A DNA stretch of 64,000 nt from Candidatus Caldarchaeum sp. (GTDB lineage Archaea > Thermoproteota > Nitrososphaeria_A > Caldarchaeales > Caldarchaeaceae). Below are positions 1-9,058 of this stretch, piece after piece. The stretch's first letter is position 1. Every line of letters begins with the position of its first letter. The translations under genes and the position numbers were made by a program. The DNA lies in NCBI GenBank assembly GCA_038844785.1, contig JAWBRA010000001.1:39931-103930 (forward strand), given 5' to 3'. The notes beneath the pieces are model-generated. The model was given only the letters and a program-made list of their open reading frames with translations. It ran no database searches and was not told the origin of the DNA.

Positions 1-2
1 CT

Positions 3-1109
3 ATAACCGTAAACAAGTTGAGAAGAAGTCTCCAACCCCAAATACTAATACACTCATACTTGCCTGAGCTACTTGTCAAGCACGGCTCCGACCAGGTTTT
101 GAGGCTTTTGGATTTCTGGCAGGCTGAAGTGAAGCAGGCCGGCCACTTGGAGTTTTACCTAATACCCAAGAAAACGTTTGTCGACTTTGAGAGAAAGCTG
201 ATGGCTGTGGTAGACGGAGCGATAGAACTCTCTGTGGAAAGAATGCGGAACGGTTTAGAACATTACTTCACACCGATAAGGACAGCCAAAGACGAATACC
301 ACCTGAAGCCGATAAAATACGTTCTCGAGGATGGTGACATAATCATCAAACAGCTCGGCGAAATACACAGAGACTTGGGAAGGTTGAGGTTTATTGCTCA
401 AAGGATAACACTCGACCAGGAAGTTGTTTTAAGTTTTTCTCAGGAGACCTTTCCCGTAGATTCGGCAGCCGACTACTTTTTGCTGAAAGAGTTAGACGGA
501 TGGAAGGTTTCCTGGATAAAGCAGGTCTTCCCCGATGATTTCGAGAGGGTTTTGATAAAGTTGGCGGCGTTAGTCAACGATGGGTTGGTTAGGCTGGATA
601 AAAAGCATGAGGAGGTTGAGCCAACAATCAATTTCGTTGGCTTAGCGGACAGATACGTTAAACGGCTTAAGCTGTTATCTTCTCATGAAGCCGTCAACAT
701 TTTAAACAGCTTGGCTGAGCTTTGCATGCAAAGAGTTTCCCCGTTTGGTGATTTGAAGGGGTTTGTGGGAAGCCTTCAAGAGCTTTACGGTAGGCTGTAT
801 GGCTTCAGCCTTCAGACGGAGAAGGTTAAACGTGGGTGGGAGAGGACGCTGGAGCATGCTTTGAAAACTATCGCCAACCTGAAGGCGAAGGTCAGGAAGC
901 TCGGGCAGAACGCTTACGCAGTAGAGATAAGCGACTGCCATCTCTGCCGAGACCTTAGTGCAATAGGCTCCGTATGTGAAAACTTATTAGCAAACATTTT
1001 AAAAGGGTTGTCTACCGTTTTGCTTGGTTATGGTTTGGTGTGTTCAGAAGCGGAGTGCTGTGCCGCAGGCGGGAAAAAATGCATCTTCCAGCTTAGAGCC
1101 GTCAGCTGA
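3..1109 (+). CDS. RecA/KaiC-like domain plus C-terminal V4R-like domain protein (probably 5'-truncated by window edge)
   Basis: Frame is open to the window start. N-part resembles the end of RAD55/KaiC folds (LMAVVDGAIEL). C-terminal ISDCHLC...CENLLANILKG...ECCAAGGKKCIFQL is V4R-like. Confidence 0.5.
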   Translation: MTVNKLRRSLQPQILIHSYLPELLVKHGSDQVLRLLDFWQAEVKQAGHLEFYLIPKKTFVDFERKLMAVVDGAIELSVERMRNGLEHYFTPIRTAKDEYHLKPIKYVLEDGDIIIKQLGEIHRDLGRLRFIAQRITLDQEVVLSFSQETFPVDSAADYFLLKELDGWKVSWIKQVFPDDFERVLIKLAALVNDGLVRLDKKHEEVEPTINFVGLADRYVKRLKLLSSHEAVNILNSLAELCMQRVSPFGDLKGFVGSLQELYGRLYGFSLQTEKVKRGWERTLEHALKTIANLKAKVRKLGQNAYAVEISDCHLCRDLSAIGSVCENLLANILKGLSTVLLGYGLVCSEAECCAAGGKKCIFQLRAVS

Positions 1110-3015
1110 GACCGAACAAAAACCTGAGGAACAAAATTATGAGCAGCGCGAGCCCTATTATCAGGCCGCTGATGTTGATGTTGCTCTCACCCGTCTGGAT
1201 GTTTCGGAAGAACTGGACGAAAGAGACAGTTGCCCGTGACAGAGCATAGTTAAACCCGTCGATCACTCTGAGCTCGACAAACTTCAGAAGCGCCGAACCA
1301 GCCCTGTCCAGCCCGTCGACAAAAACCCTGTAGTAGAAAGCGTCGATATAGTATCTGTTGACCAGCAGCTTATGCAGCGCGGCTCCTACTCCAGCCCTCC
1401 TAACCTCTTCAGGGCTTTTGACCCCCCCAAAGTAGAAGATGTACCAGAGCCCGGCCCCCGATGCTAGAATCGCTGCTGAAGTAGCGTAGGTCAAGATGCT
1501 TGTCGAGACCTCGGCGTGCACGCCTAGGTAGCCGTGGAACATTTCTTCAAAGAACGGGCCAGTCACGCCTACTGCGACTGACATGGCCGCAAGTATCATG
1601 AGCGGAACCGTCATAACGTAAGGTGCTTCGTGGGCGTGTTCAACGTGGTGTGTTGGTGGTGCGAGAAAGACTTTGTAAAGCCATCTTAGACTGTATGTCA
1701 CCGTCAGCACGGAGGCTCCGACCATAAACAGGAAAACTACTAGGTTTCCGGCGTCCAGCGCGGACTCGATGACGATGTCCTTGCTCCAAAACCCGCTGAA
1801 CAACGGGACTCCTGACAGCGAAAGCACGCCGACGGTCGAGGTCCAGAAAGTTATGGGCATTTTTGCCCGCAAGCCCCCCATTTCATCGAGGTTGTTCGTG
1901 TGGACGGCGTGTATCACAGCCCCCGCTGCAAGGAAAAGCAAGGCTTTGAAAATGCTGTGGCTTAAAACGTGGAAGACCCCTCCAAAGAAACCTATCTCAG
2001 ACGCCATTCCCAGAGCCGCAAGCATCAACGCCAGCTGGCTTATGGTCGAGTAGGCGATAACCCTCTTGATGTCAGGCGAGACAAGCCCCATAGTTGCGGC
2101 TAAGAAGCTTGTGAAACCAGCGACCAAGCCGATGACCATGTACCAGTCGGCCAGCAGTGCGGGTGGAAAGGCTTCAAAAGGAATGACCGTGAAGATCATC
2201 CTCGCAACGATGTACACCCCCGCTTTAACCATGGTGGCTGCGTGGATTAGGGCCGAGACGGGAGTGGGCCCTTCCATGGCGTCGGGGAGCCAGACATGTA
2301 GGGGAAACTGCGCGGACTTGCCTACAGCGCCGCCGAATATAAGAAGCAACAGGATTGTCAGAAAAGCCGTGGAGACTATTCCAGCACTTACAGCCTCGTG
2401 CATGGCCTTCTCAAGGCCTGTGAAGCTAAAGGTGCCGAAGGTGATGAAGAGAATAACTATGCCGACAAGCATCGAGGCGTCTCCAATCCTCGTAGTCACG
2501 AATGCTTTGATGCCGGCGTGGTTCGCCTCAGGCCTTTTGTTGTAAAACCCGATCAACGCGTAGCTGCAGAGCCCTACTATCTCCCAACCTATGTAAAGCA
2601 TTAGAAAGTTCTCCGACATGACAAGCAGCGTCATCCCGCCTATGAAGAAGAGCATGAAAAAGTAGTATCTCGGAAGCCCCTCTTCATGGGCCATGTAGCC
2701 TACGCTGTAGAGAATTATCAGTGCGCCTATGCCTGTGGCGATAGAGGCCATCAAAACGCTGAGAGGATCAACCAGTAAGCTTGCTTCAACAAATCTATCT
2801 TCTCCCAGAGGAATCCAAGGCACTTTGATAACAATGCCATGCGGGCCGACGCCGTAAACGTCAGGTATCATGGATAGGCTGAAAACGGCCGCCGTAAAGG
2901 TAACGACCACGGCGAAAACCTCTCCCACACGTTTCCCAGCTCTGAAGAAAACTGGCACGAGAATGCTGCCGACGAGCGGGATAACCCAAGCCAGCCAGGG
3001 AGCGTAAGGCAACAT
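1102..3015 (-). CDS. nuoL: NADH-quinone oxidoreductase subunit L (antiporter-like)
   Basis: GKSAQFPLHVWLPDAMEGPTPVSALIHAATMVKAGVY, WEIVGLCSYALIGF and SGFWSKD motifs. ATG at 3015 is the likely start. Confidence 0.93.
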   Translation of the reverse strand: MLPYAPWLAWVIPLVGSILVPVFFRAGKRVGEVFAVVVTFTAAVFSLSMIPDVYGVGPHGIVIKVPWIPLGEDRFVEASLLVDPLSVLMASIATGIGALIILYSVGYMAHEEGLPRYYFFMLFFIGGMTLLVMSENFLMLYIGWEIVGLCSYALIGFYNKRPEANHAGIKAFVTTRIGDASMLVGIVILFITFGTFSFTGLEKAMHEAVSAGIVSTAFLTILLLLIFGGAVGKSAQFPLHVWLPDAMEGPTPVSALIHAATMVKAGVYIVARMIFTVIPFEAFPPALLADWYMVIGLVAGFTSFLAATMGLVSPDIKRVIAYSTISQLALMLAALGMASEIGFFGGVFHVLSHSIFKALLFLAAGAVIHAVHTNNLDEMGGLRAKMPITFWTSTVGVLSLSGVPLFSGFWSKDIVIESALDAGNLVVFLFMVGASVLTVTYSLRWLYKVFLAPPTHHVEHAHEAPYVMTVPLMILAAMSVAVGVTGPFFEEMFHGYLGVHAEVSTSILTYATSAAILASGAGLWYIFYFGGVKSPEEVRRAGVGAALHKLLVNRYYIDAFYYRVFVDGLDRAGSALLKFVELRVIDGFNYALSRATVSFVQFFRNIQTGESNINISGLIIGLALLIILFLRFLFGLS

Positions 3016-3168
3016 GCTGTCTCTCAAGTTTTTTCGCACAACAAGAATTTAAAGGCGACGAGCTCATTTGGATCACGGTCCGAAGCAACCCTCCCCACAT
3101 TCCAAGCTGGTATGGATGCAGCCATTTCTTCAAAAATTTTAATCCGGCTACAGAATTTGTTTGACGTT

Positions 3169-3480
3169 ATGATGGCTGTTCTGCTTGTCACATACCCGCG
3201 TGACAAGGATTACGCTGGATGGTGTAGAAGCCTTGTCGAACGGCGGCTGGCCGCCTGCATAAACCTTGTTGGAGTTAACTCGGTTTACCGGTGGGACAAC
3301 AGCGTCGTCGAGGACGGTGAGGTGTTGCTTTTGATTAAGACGAGCGAGGAAAAGGTTCAACAGCTGAAAGAGACAATAGCGCTTGAGCATCCCTACAAAA
3401 TACCTGAGATCGTTGAGCTAAAGCCAGCGGACGTAAACAAGCCATACCTACGGTGGGTTTTGGACAGCACACGGAGTTGA
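3169..3480 (+). CDS. cutA: Divalent-cation tolerance protein CutA
   Basis: LVERRLAACINL..VNSVYRW, HPYKIPEI; start reassigned to ATG 3169. Confidence 0.9.
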   Translation: MMAVLLVTYPRDKDYAGWCRSLVERRLAACINLVGVNSVYRWDNSVVEDGEVLLLIKTSEEKVQQLKETIALEHPYKIPEIVELKPADVNKPYLRWVLDSTRS

Positions 3481-4016
3481 AGAGATACATAATCATCGTG
3501 GAAAACACTGGGCTTAAGCCTTTGGACAGACCATTGTTGATGGAGAAGCTGAGGCATGCTGGGTTCAACGTCGTAGACGTACGGGTTGCGACAAATCACA
3601 TAGAGATAGACCTTCTCTCCGACAAAGCTCCAGTAATCGATGGGTTTAGGATAGTTGAGACGGTTGAGGTTGCTGGAACGACAGCCCTAGACCCCTACAC
3701 GGTTTTCAGGGAAGCTGTTGAGCTTTTCGACTCTGAGCGTTTCTGGGAAGCGCATGAAAGGCTGGAACCCCTTTGGAGAGTTTCGGAGGGCCGGTTGAGA
3801 AAAACGCTCCACGGGCTGATACTCGCTGCCGCAGCGTTTGTCCACCTCCAGAAAGGTGACGAGAATGGGTTTGTGTCTATAGCAAGCAGGGCTGCGAAAG
3901 AGCTTGCAGAAGGCGAGCCTTCTCTATGGAGGCTGGACACGCGAAAAGTTTTGCAGCACTTGAACGAGGCGTCTAAGAAAAGACAGATTTTCAAGCTATC
4001 CCCTTTGTTTGAATGA
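3477..4016 (+). CDS. DUF309-domain protein
   Basis: FWEAHERLEPLW...GLILAAAAFVH signature. The TTG at 3477 overlaps the cutA stop. Confidence 0.75.
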   Translation: MKRYIIIVENTGLKPLDRPLLMEKLRHAGFNVVDVRVATNHIEIDLLSDKAPVIDGFRIVETVEVAGTTALDPYTVFREAVELFDSERFWEAHERLEPLWRVSEGRLRKTLHGLILAAAAFVHLQKGDENGFVSIASRAAKELAEGEPSLWRLDTRKVLQHLNEASKKRQIFKLSPLFE

Positions 4017-4051
4017 AAGGTTTATCAAAAAGACCACAAACCTAAGAAAAC

Positions 4052-4783
4052 GTGAAAACATCCACAACAGCCATGGTGGTTGTCTTCACAGCGTTGGTTA
4101 CCGCTGCGACCATGGTACTGAGCGTTTACTTCCCCTTGACACGTGGATACTTTAACTTGGGGGAGACTATGGTTTATCTTTCGGCGCTGTTGGGAGGACC
4201 TTTTGTAGGCGCCTTCGCCGGCGGTGTGGGCTCGGCTTTAGCGGACATACTTCTCGGATATACCGTCTTCGCCCCAGGCACTTTAGTCATCAAGGCCGCT
4301 GAAGGCGCTGCTGCAGCTCTTCTCTACCGAAGGCTAAGAAAGCTTACGGTGCCTAGGGCTGTTGCCCTGTCAGCAAGCGTCGTAGGACTCTATTTCATAA
4401 TACTTGTGCTCGTCGGTGTTTACCTGATGAGCGGAGCCGTTGAAGTTTTTTTATACACTGGACAGAGCTTCCAGCTGCTTGTTTATCCAACTACATGGGT
4501 TTTCCTCGCGTTGCTAGGCTCGGCCGTCCCAGCCTACTATGTTTTCAAAAAGAAGGAGACAGAGGCTTGGCTTGTTCTATCCCTGCTTGCAGCAGGGTTG
4601 GTGATGGTTATGGGATACTTTCTCTATGAATCTCTGGCGGTTGTCCTCGGAGTTTTACCCGACATTATACCTATTGCTGAGGTGCCGTTGAACATAGGGC
4701 AGGTCGTTGTTGGCTCGGCTGTCGCAATCCCGGTCTACAAGGCGGTAAGGGCTCGTTTAACCGTGCAGCCGCTCAGCCGTTGA
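4052..4783 (+). CDS. ECF transporter S component (solitary)
   Basis: GYFNLGETMVYLSALLGGP..GGVGSALADILLGY; polytopic membrane protein. Confidence 0.85.
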   Translation: MKTSTTAMVVVFTALVTAATMVLSVYFPLTRGYFNLGETMVYLSALLGGPFVGAFAGGVGSALADILLGYTVFAPGTLVIKAAEGAAAALLYRRLRKLTVPRAVALSASVVGLYFIILVLVGVYLMSGAVEVFLYTGQSFQLLVYPTTWVFLALLGSAVPAYYVFKKKETEAWLVLSLLAAGLVMVMGYFLYESLAVVLGVLPDIIPIAEVPLNIGQVVVGSAVAIPVYKAVRARLTVQPLSR

Positions 4784-5552
4784 CAGGCCCGTATTTTTGC
4801 TCTATGACGCTGTAGCCCTTCTCCTCCAGTAGCTGTGCCAGCTCGTATCCCCCACTCTCTACCACACGTCCGCCATACATCACGTGAACTACATCTGGCT
4901 TAAGATAGTTGAGTATCCGCAGGTAATGCGTTATGATTAAAGCACCCATACCTGTTTCCTGAGAAATCTTTCTGACACCCTCGGCAACTATTTTCACACC
5001 ATCGATGTCAAGTCCAGAGTCTGTCTCATCCAGAACAGCTATGCGTGGAGAGAGTATAGCCATCTGGAGTATCTCGCATCTCTTCTTCTCCCCGCCTGAG
5101 AAACCCTCGTTCAGATAGCGTCGAGCTATGGAGGGGTCGAGCTTCAGCAACTCTATCTTCTCCGTCAAAAGCTTCTGGAACTCAGCCACGCCGATCTTCT
5201 CCTTCGACTTGTCGCCGTCGCCGCCGTACTTCAGGTTTATGTAGGCTCTTCGCAGGAAGTTTGCCAGCGTGACGCCGGAGATCTCGACGGGGTATTGGAA
5301 AGCTAGAAAAAGCCCTCGCCTAGCTCTTTGGTCGGGGGTTAAGTTGACAATGGATTCGCCGTCAAGCAGTATGTCTCCGCTGTCGACGGTGTATTTCGGA
5401 TGGCCCATTATCACGGAGGCAAGGGTGCTTTTGCCGGAGCCGTTGGGTCCCATGAGGCTGTGTATCTCCCCTTCCCTGACGGTCAGGTTGACGCCTTTGA
5501 GTATCTGCCTGCCCTCAACGCTTGCGTAGAGGTCGACTACTTTTAGCTCCAT
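4773..5552 (-). CDS. sufC: Fe-S cluster assembly ATPase SufC
   Basis: MGPNGSGKSTLA, FLAFQYPVEI, NEGFSGGEKKR, DETDSGLDID. Confidence 0.95.
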   Translation of the reverse strand: MELKVVDLYASVEGRQILKGVNLTVREGEIHSLMGPNGSGKSTLASVIMGHPKYTVDSGDILLDGESIVNLTPDQRARRGLFLAFQYPVEISGVTLANFLRRAYINLKYGGDGDKSKEKIGVAEFQKLLTEKIELLKLDPSIARRYLNEGFSGGEKKRCEILQMAILSPRIAVLDETDSGLDIDGVKIVAEGVRKISQETGMGALIITHYLRILNYLKPDVVHVMYGGRVVESGGYELAQLLEEKGYSVIEQKYGPVNG

Positions 5553-5590
5553 TCCAAGCCTGTGGATATAACGCCGTTATTTAAAGCCGA

Positions 5591-6352
5591 TCAAACAACC
5601 CCCGGAGGCGTACGCCTAAACTGTCTCATAACCCTTGAAACTTCCTCCGTAAACAGCATCTGAGCCTTTATTTTCTCCGCAGCCTCCTCCAAGGCTGTCA
5701 TGTCAAGGTTTTCAAGCCCTACCATCTTGGACAGCACTCTAAGTACGTTGCGTGAGGCGAGAGGCTGAGGTATCTCGGGGTTGTCGATCTCGCCCAGCAG
5801 GCAGACCCCCTCCAGCCCTGCATCATGGCCTATGCCGAGAACAAGGCCGTTAAAGCCGGTTATGTAACCCTCATCGGATAAAGGCTCCGCTCCAGCCTCC
5901 TCCGCAAGCTTTGAAAGCTCATGGGCCGTGGCGGCGTAAAAGACCCTGCCCTGAGACACAGACCCCCTGTGAGCGGCTCCTACAGAGATTATTCTCTCTA
6001 CACCAAGCCTCTTCGCAAAAGAGACAACAGCTTCAGCTAGATCGTATAGAGAAGCAACCTCCTGCGGCTGGTATTCACCTGTCATGACGATGAAAACTCT
6101 TTGCTCAACAGTCCTGTAAAACCTGAAGCTTGAACGACGGAACACAACCTCACCTCTCCGGTGCATGACGTAGGGCGGCCAAAAACCATGAATCACTCCG
6201 AAAACCTTCATTCCAAGAGTTTTCACCAAATGCTCCATGGCTATACCGGCTACGTTGCCCATGTCGGGTAGACCAGTCACTAAGTAGATGGGTTTTACAG
6301 GAGGCTCGTCAACTATGACCGGGTTTAGCACGCTAGACTTTATGTCTCGCAT
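5591..6352 (-). CDS. PAC2-family proteasome assembly chaperone
   Basis: VTGLPDMGNVA..., ITGFNGLVLG, CLLGE. Confidence 0.8.
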   Translation of the reverse strand: MRDIKSSVLNPVIVDEPPVKPIYLVTGLPDMGNVAGIAMEHLVKTLGMKVFGVIHGFWPPYVMHRRGEVVFRRSSFRFYRTVEQRVFIVMTGEYQPQEVASLYDLAEAVVSFAKRLGVERIISVGAAHRGSVSQGRVFYAATAHELSKLAEEAGAEPLSDEGYITGFNGLVLGIGHDAGLEGVCLLGEIDNPEIPQPLASRNVLRVLSKMVGLENLDMTALEEAAEKIKAQMLFTEEVSRVMRQFRRTPPGVV

Positions 6353-6414
6353 CTTTTAAGATTGTAGGAGGATGGGAATAAACGTTTTCAACACCCGTTT
6401 TATCATCTAAAGCG

Positions 6415-7806
6415 TTGAAGGTCACGGTTTACGGCGGCGCTGGGAAGATAGGTGGCAACAAAATCCTGCTTGAGGAAGAGGTGGGAAAAGTTTTCCTCGA
6501 CTTTGGCTTAGACTTCAACGCAAAAAACATGTTCTTCAGCACTTTTCTCCAGCCAAGAAGGTTTGCGTTGATATCCGACTACGTTTTAACAGGAGTTGTT
6601 CCACCGCTCAAAGGATTGTATAGGCGGGACTTAGCGCCCGAGAACCTAAACTCTGAAAAACCCTTCGTGGACGCTGTTTTGGTCTCCCACGGACATTTAG
6701 ACCATTACGGCCACGTCAGCCTAACCAGGCCGGACATACCCATCTACATGGGTGAGGGTACAAGGGTTCTCGTCAAAGCACGGGAGGAATCAAAGCCCAG
6801 GTCTGCTGAGAGCCTGTTCGTTGAAGATTTTGAACGCATCGTCCACGTTTTCAAGACTGGAGACTACATCCGGGTCGGAGGAATGGGCATACGTCCCGTT
6901 CATGTAGACCATTCGATCCCAGCGGCCTACGGTTTCATAGTCGAGGGCGACGGAGGAGTGCTTGCATACACCGGAGATATTCGAGTTCATGGACCTCGCA
7001 AAGACATGACCATTGATTTTGTCAACGAATGCAGTAAGGCTGGCGTTGACACCCTAGTTATTGAAGGAACTAGACTGCTTGAGGAAGTAAACAACTCTGA
7101 AGAGGATGTAAGGGTGATGATGGAGAAAACTGTTTCGGAGGCCGAAAAGCATTTGGTGGCGGTTGTTGTTGGGATGATGGATTTTGACAGGCTTAAGACG
7201 ATTCTGCAGGTTTCAGAGTTGACGGACCGTCTCCCAGCCATATCGCTGCACCATGCCCATGTCCTAAACTCTCTGGCGGGAAAAGGCTTGAGGATGGATG
7301 TTCCACAGATGGCTGAGGACAGTCTTGTCGCGTACTTGGAGCGGCGGAGGTCTGGCACGTATGCAAAATCCGATTACCCGAAATGGATGGCTAACCTAAT
7401 GGAGTCGGTTCCCACCCTCAAGGAAGACGAGATCAGACAAAACCCTGAAAAATTCATCCTGGTTTTGAGCAGGGCTGAAGAAGTTATAGAGCTGGCAAGC
7501 ATGAAACCCCCAATTGGCTCGCCCTTCATCTTGTCTACCAGCGAGCCACATTCTGAGGAGCAGGTTCTTGAAATGGACAAGATAAACCACTGGATAGAAT
7601 TGCTTGGACTAAAAATGTATCACATTCACGCTTCTGGGCACGCCTCAGGGCCGGACCTGTTAAACATCATCCGGGAGATAGCCCCCGAAAAAGTAGTCCC
7701 AGTCCATACAACGGCTCCGGAGCTTTTCGCCAGCCTTCTCCAAAGGGAGAAAATAGAGGCCGAGGTTGTGGTGCCGCATAGCGGAAAATGTTTTGAAGTC
7801 TTCTAG
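6415..7806 (+). CDS. MBL-fold beta-CASP hydrolase (RNase J-like)
   Basis: SHGHLDHYG, VDHSIP, YTGD, HASGHA, PVH motifs. Confidence 0.85.
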   Translation: MKVTVYGGAGKIGGNKILLEEEVGKVFLDFGLDFNAKNMFFSTFLQPRRFALISDYVLTGVVPPLKGLYRRDLAPENLNSEKPFVDAVLVSHGHLDHYGHVSLTRPDIPIYMGEGTRVLVKAREESKPRSAESLFVEDFERIVHVFKTGDYIRVGGMGIRPVHVDHSIPAAYGFIVEGDGGVLAYTGDIRVHGPRKDMTIDFVNECSKAGVDTLVIEGTRLLEEVNNSEEDVRVMMEKTVSEAEKHLVAVVVGMMDFDRLKTILQVSELTDRLPAISLHHAHVLNSLAGKGLRMDVPQMAEDSLVAYLERRRSGTYAKSDYPKWMANLMESVPTLKEDEIRQNPEKFILVLSRAEEVIELASMKPPIGSPFILSTSEPHSEEQVLEMDKINHWIELLGLKMYHIHASGHASGPDLLNIIREIAPEKVVPVHTTAPELFASLLQREKIEAEVVVPHSGKCFEVF

Positions 7807-7807
7807 G

Positions 7808-8503
7808 CTAACGTGCTCTTGACCTTACGTATGGTTCAAGAAGGCTCCAGAGCCACTCAGCAAACTCGGCTGGGTTTTTAGTCTGTACGTAAACCTCGCC
7901 AGGCCCTCTCACGGCGACGACAAGGCCTTCGCCGCCGAGTAGTGTTGACTTGAGGCCTCCAAACCTTCTAACCTCGTAGCTGCAGCTATCCGAAAAAGCT
8001 GCCAAGTGGAAGTTATCCACTATTATTTCTTCGCCGGGTTGTAGGGAAATTTTTTCCAACGCCCCGAAAGTGTTTATGAAAAGATCGCCCTCACCCGTGA
8101 CTTTAATCATGAATAGGCCCTGCCCAAACAACCCTTTTGTAAAACCCTGCCACTTGATGTCAAGGTCTACGGATGGGCTTGATGCAACGTAGGAAGATTT
8201 CTGTATGATATAGCCCGAGTTTCTAGATACTTTCAGGTTAGCGATGTCGCCCAAGGGTGCTGAGACCAGCGCAACCTTCCCAACACCGTCAACCGCCCTG
8301 TATTCGTTGACGAAAAAGGATTGGCCGCCCAATATCTTCAGCCCAAGAGTTGAGAGAAAGCTTGCCTCCCTCATCCGAGTCGTGACCTGAATATTTGGGG
8401 TCATGTATGTCATGGCGCCTGCCTCAGCCTCAATGGCTTCGCCGGGCATTAGCTCAACCTCCAGCAAAGCGTATGCGGGCCTATTTCTTATCTCGAAACG
8501 CAT
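7808..8503 (-). CDS. AIM24/TIGR00266 family protein
   Basis: AEAGAM, GGQSFFVNEY, GGEGLV..GPGEVYVQT. Confidence 0.85.
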   Translation of the reverse strand: MRFEIRNRPAYALLEVELMPGEAIEAEAGAMTYMTPNIQVTTRMREASFLSTLGLKILGGQSFFVNEYRAVDGVGKVALVSAPLGDIANLKVSRNSGYIIQKSSYVASSPSVDLDIKWQGFTKGLFGQGLFMIKVTGEGDLFINTFGALEKISLQPGEEIIVDNFHLAAFSDSCSYEVRRFGGLKSTLLGGEGLVVAVRGPGEVYVQTKNPAEFAEWLWSLLEPYVRSRAR

Positions 8504-8554
8504 AGCTATGAGCGTTTATGGTATCTATAAATAGTTTGACGCGGCGAAAAAATC

Positions 8555-9058
8555 ATGCTTTCAGCTTTACTCCATGCCGCGCATGTTTTCGCTGTGGTGT
8601 TGTGGATAGGCGGCGTTGGCTACAGTTTACTAGTTTTGCTTCCAAGCCTTCCCACACTCTCCCTTCGCGATAGGGCAAGGCTCGTTCCGAAAGTTCTCAA
8701 GCGGTTTTTGACCGTTGTCTGGATTAGCATAGGTGTCATCAGCTTTTCAGGCCTGTACAGAATGATTGCCGTCATGAAGATTACCACATTATCTCAGCTT
8801 TCGTCTAGCTTCTACGGTCAGGTTCTCTCGGCAAAGCTGGTGTTTGTCGCCATGCTTTTGGCGGTAGCTTTGTCGGTCACTTTGAAAGTTTATCCAAAGG
8901 TTACGGATCATGTTAAGCAGCATCTCAACGACCCACCCGACGCATACCGGTGTCCTATGTGCGGTGAAATCTCAGGGCTTGTTAGGGTTCGTCTGGCAGC
9001 TGGTTTAGCCATAGGTGCTGTGGTGATTTTGCTAGCCGCTGTCTTAAGAGGCGCATAG
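8555..9058 (+). CDS. CopD-like/DUF4149 membrane protein
   Basis: HVFAVVLWIGG, YGQVLSAKL; four hydrophobic segments; CPMC in a loop. Confidence 0.6.
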   Translation: MLSALLHAAHVFAVVLWIGGVGYSLLVLLPSLPTLSLRDRARLVPKVLKRFLTVVWISIGVISFSGLYRMIAVMKITTLSQLSSSFYGQVLSAKLVFVAMLLAVALSVTLKVYPKVTDHVKQHLNDPPDAYRCPMCGEISGLVRVRLAAGLAIGAVVILLAAVLRGA

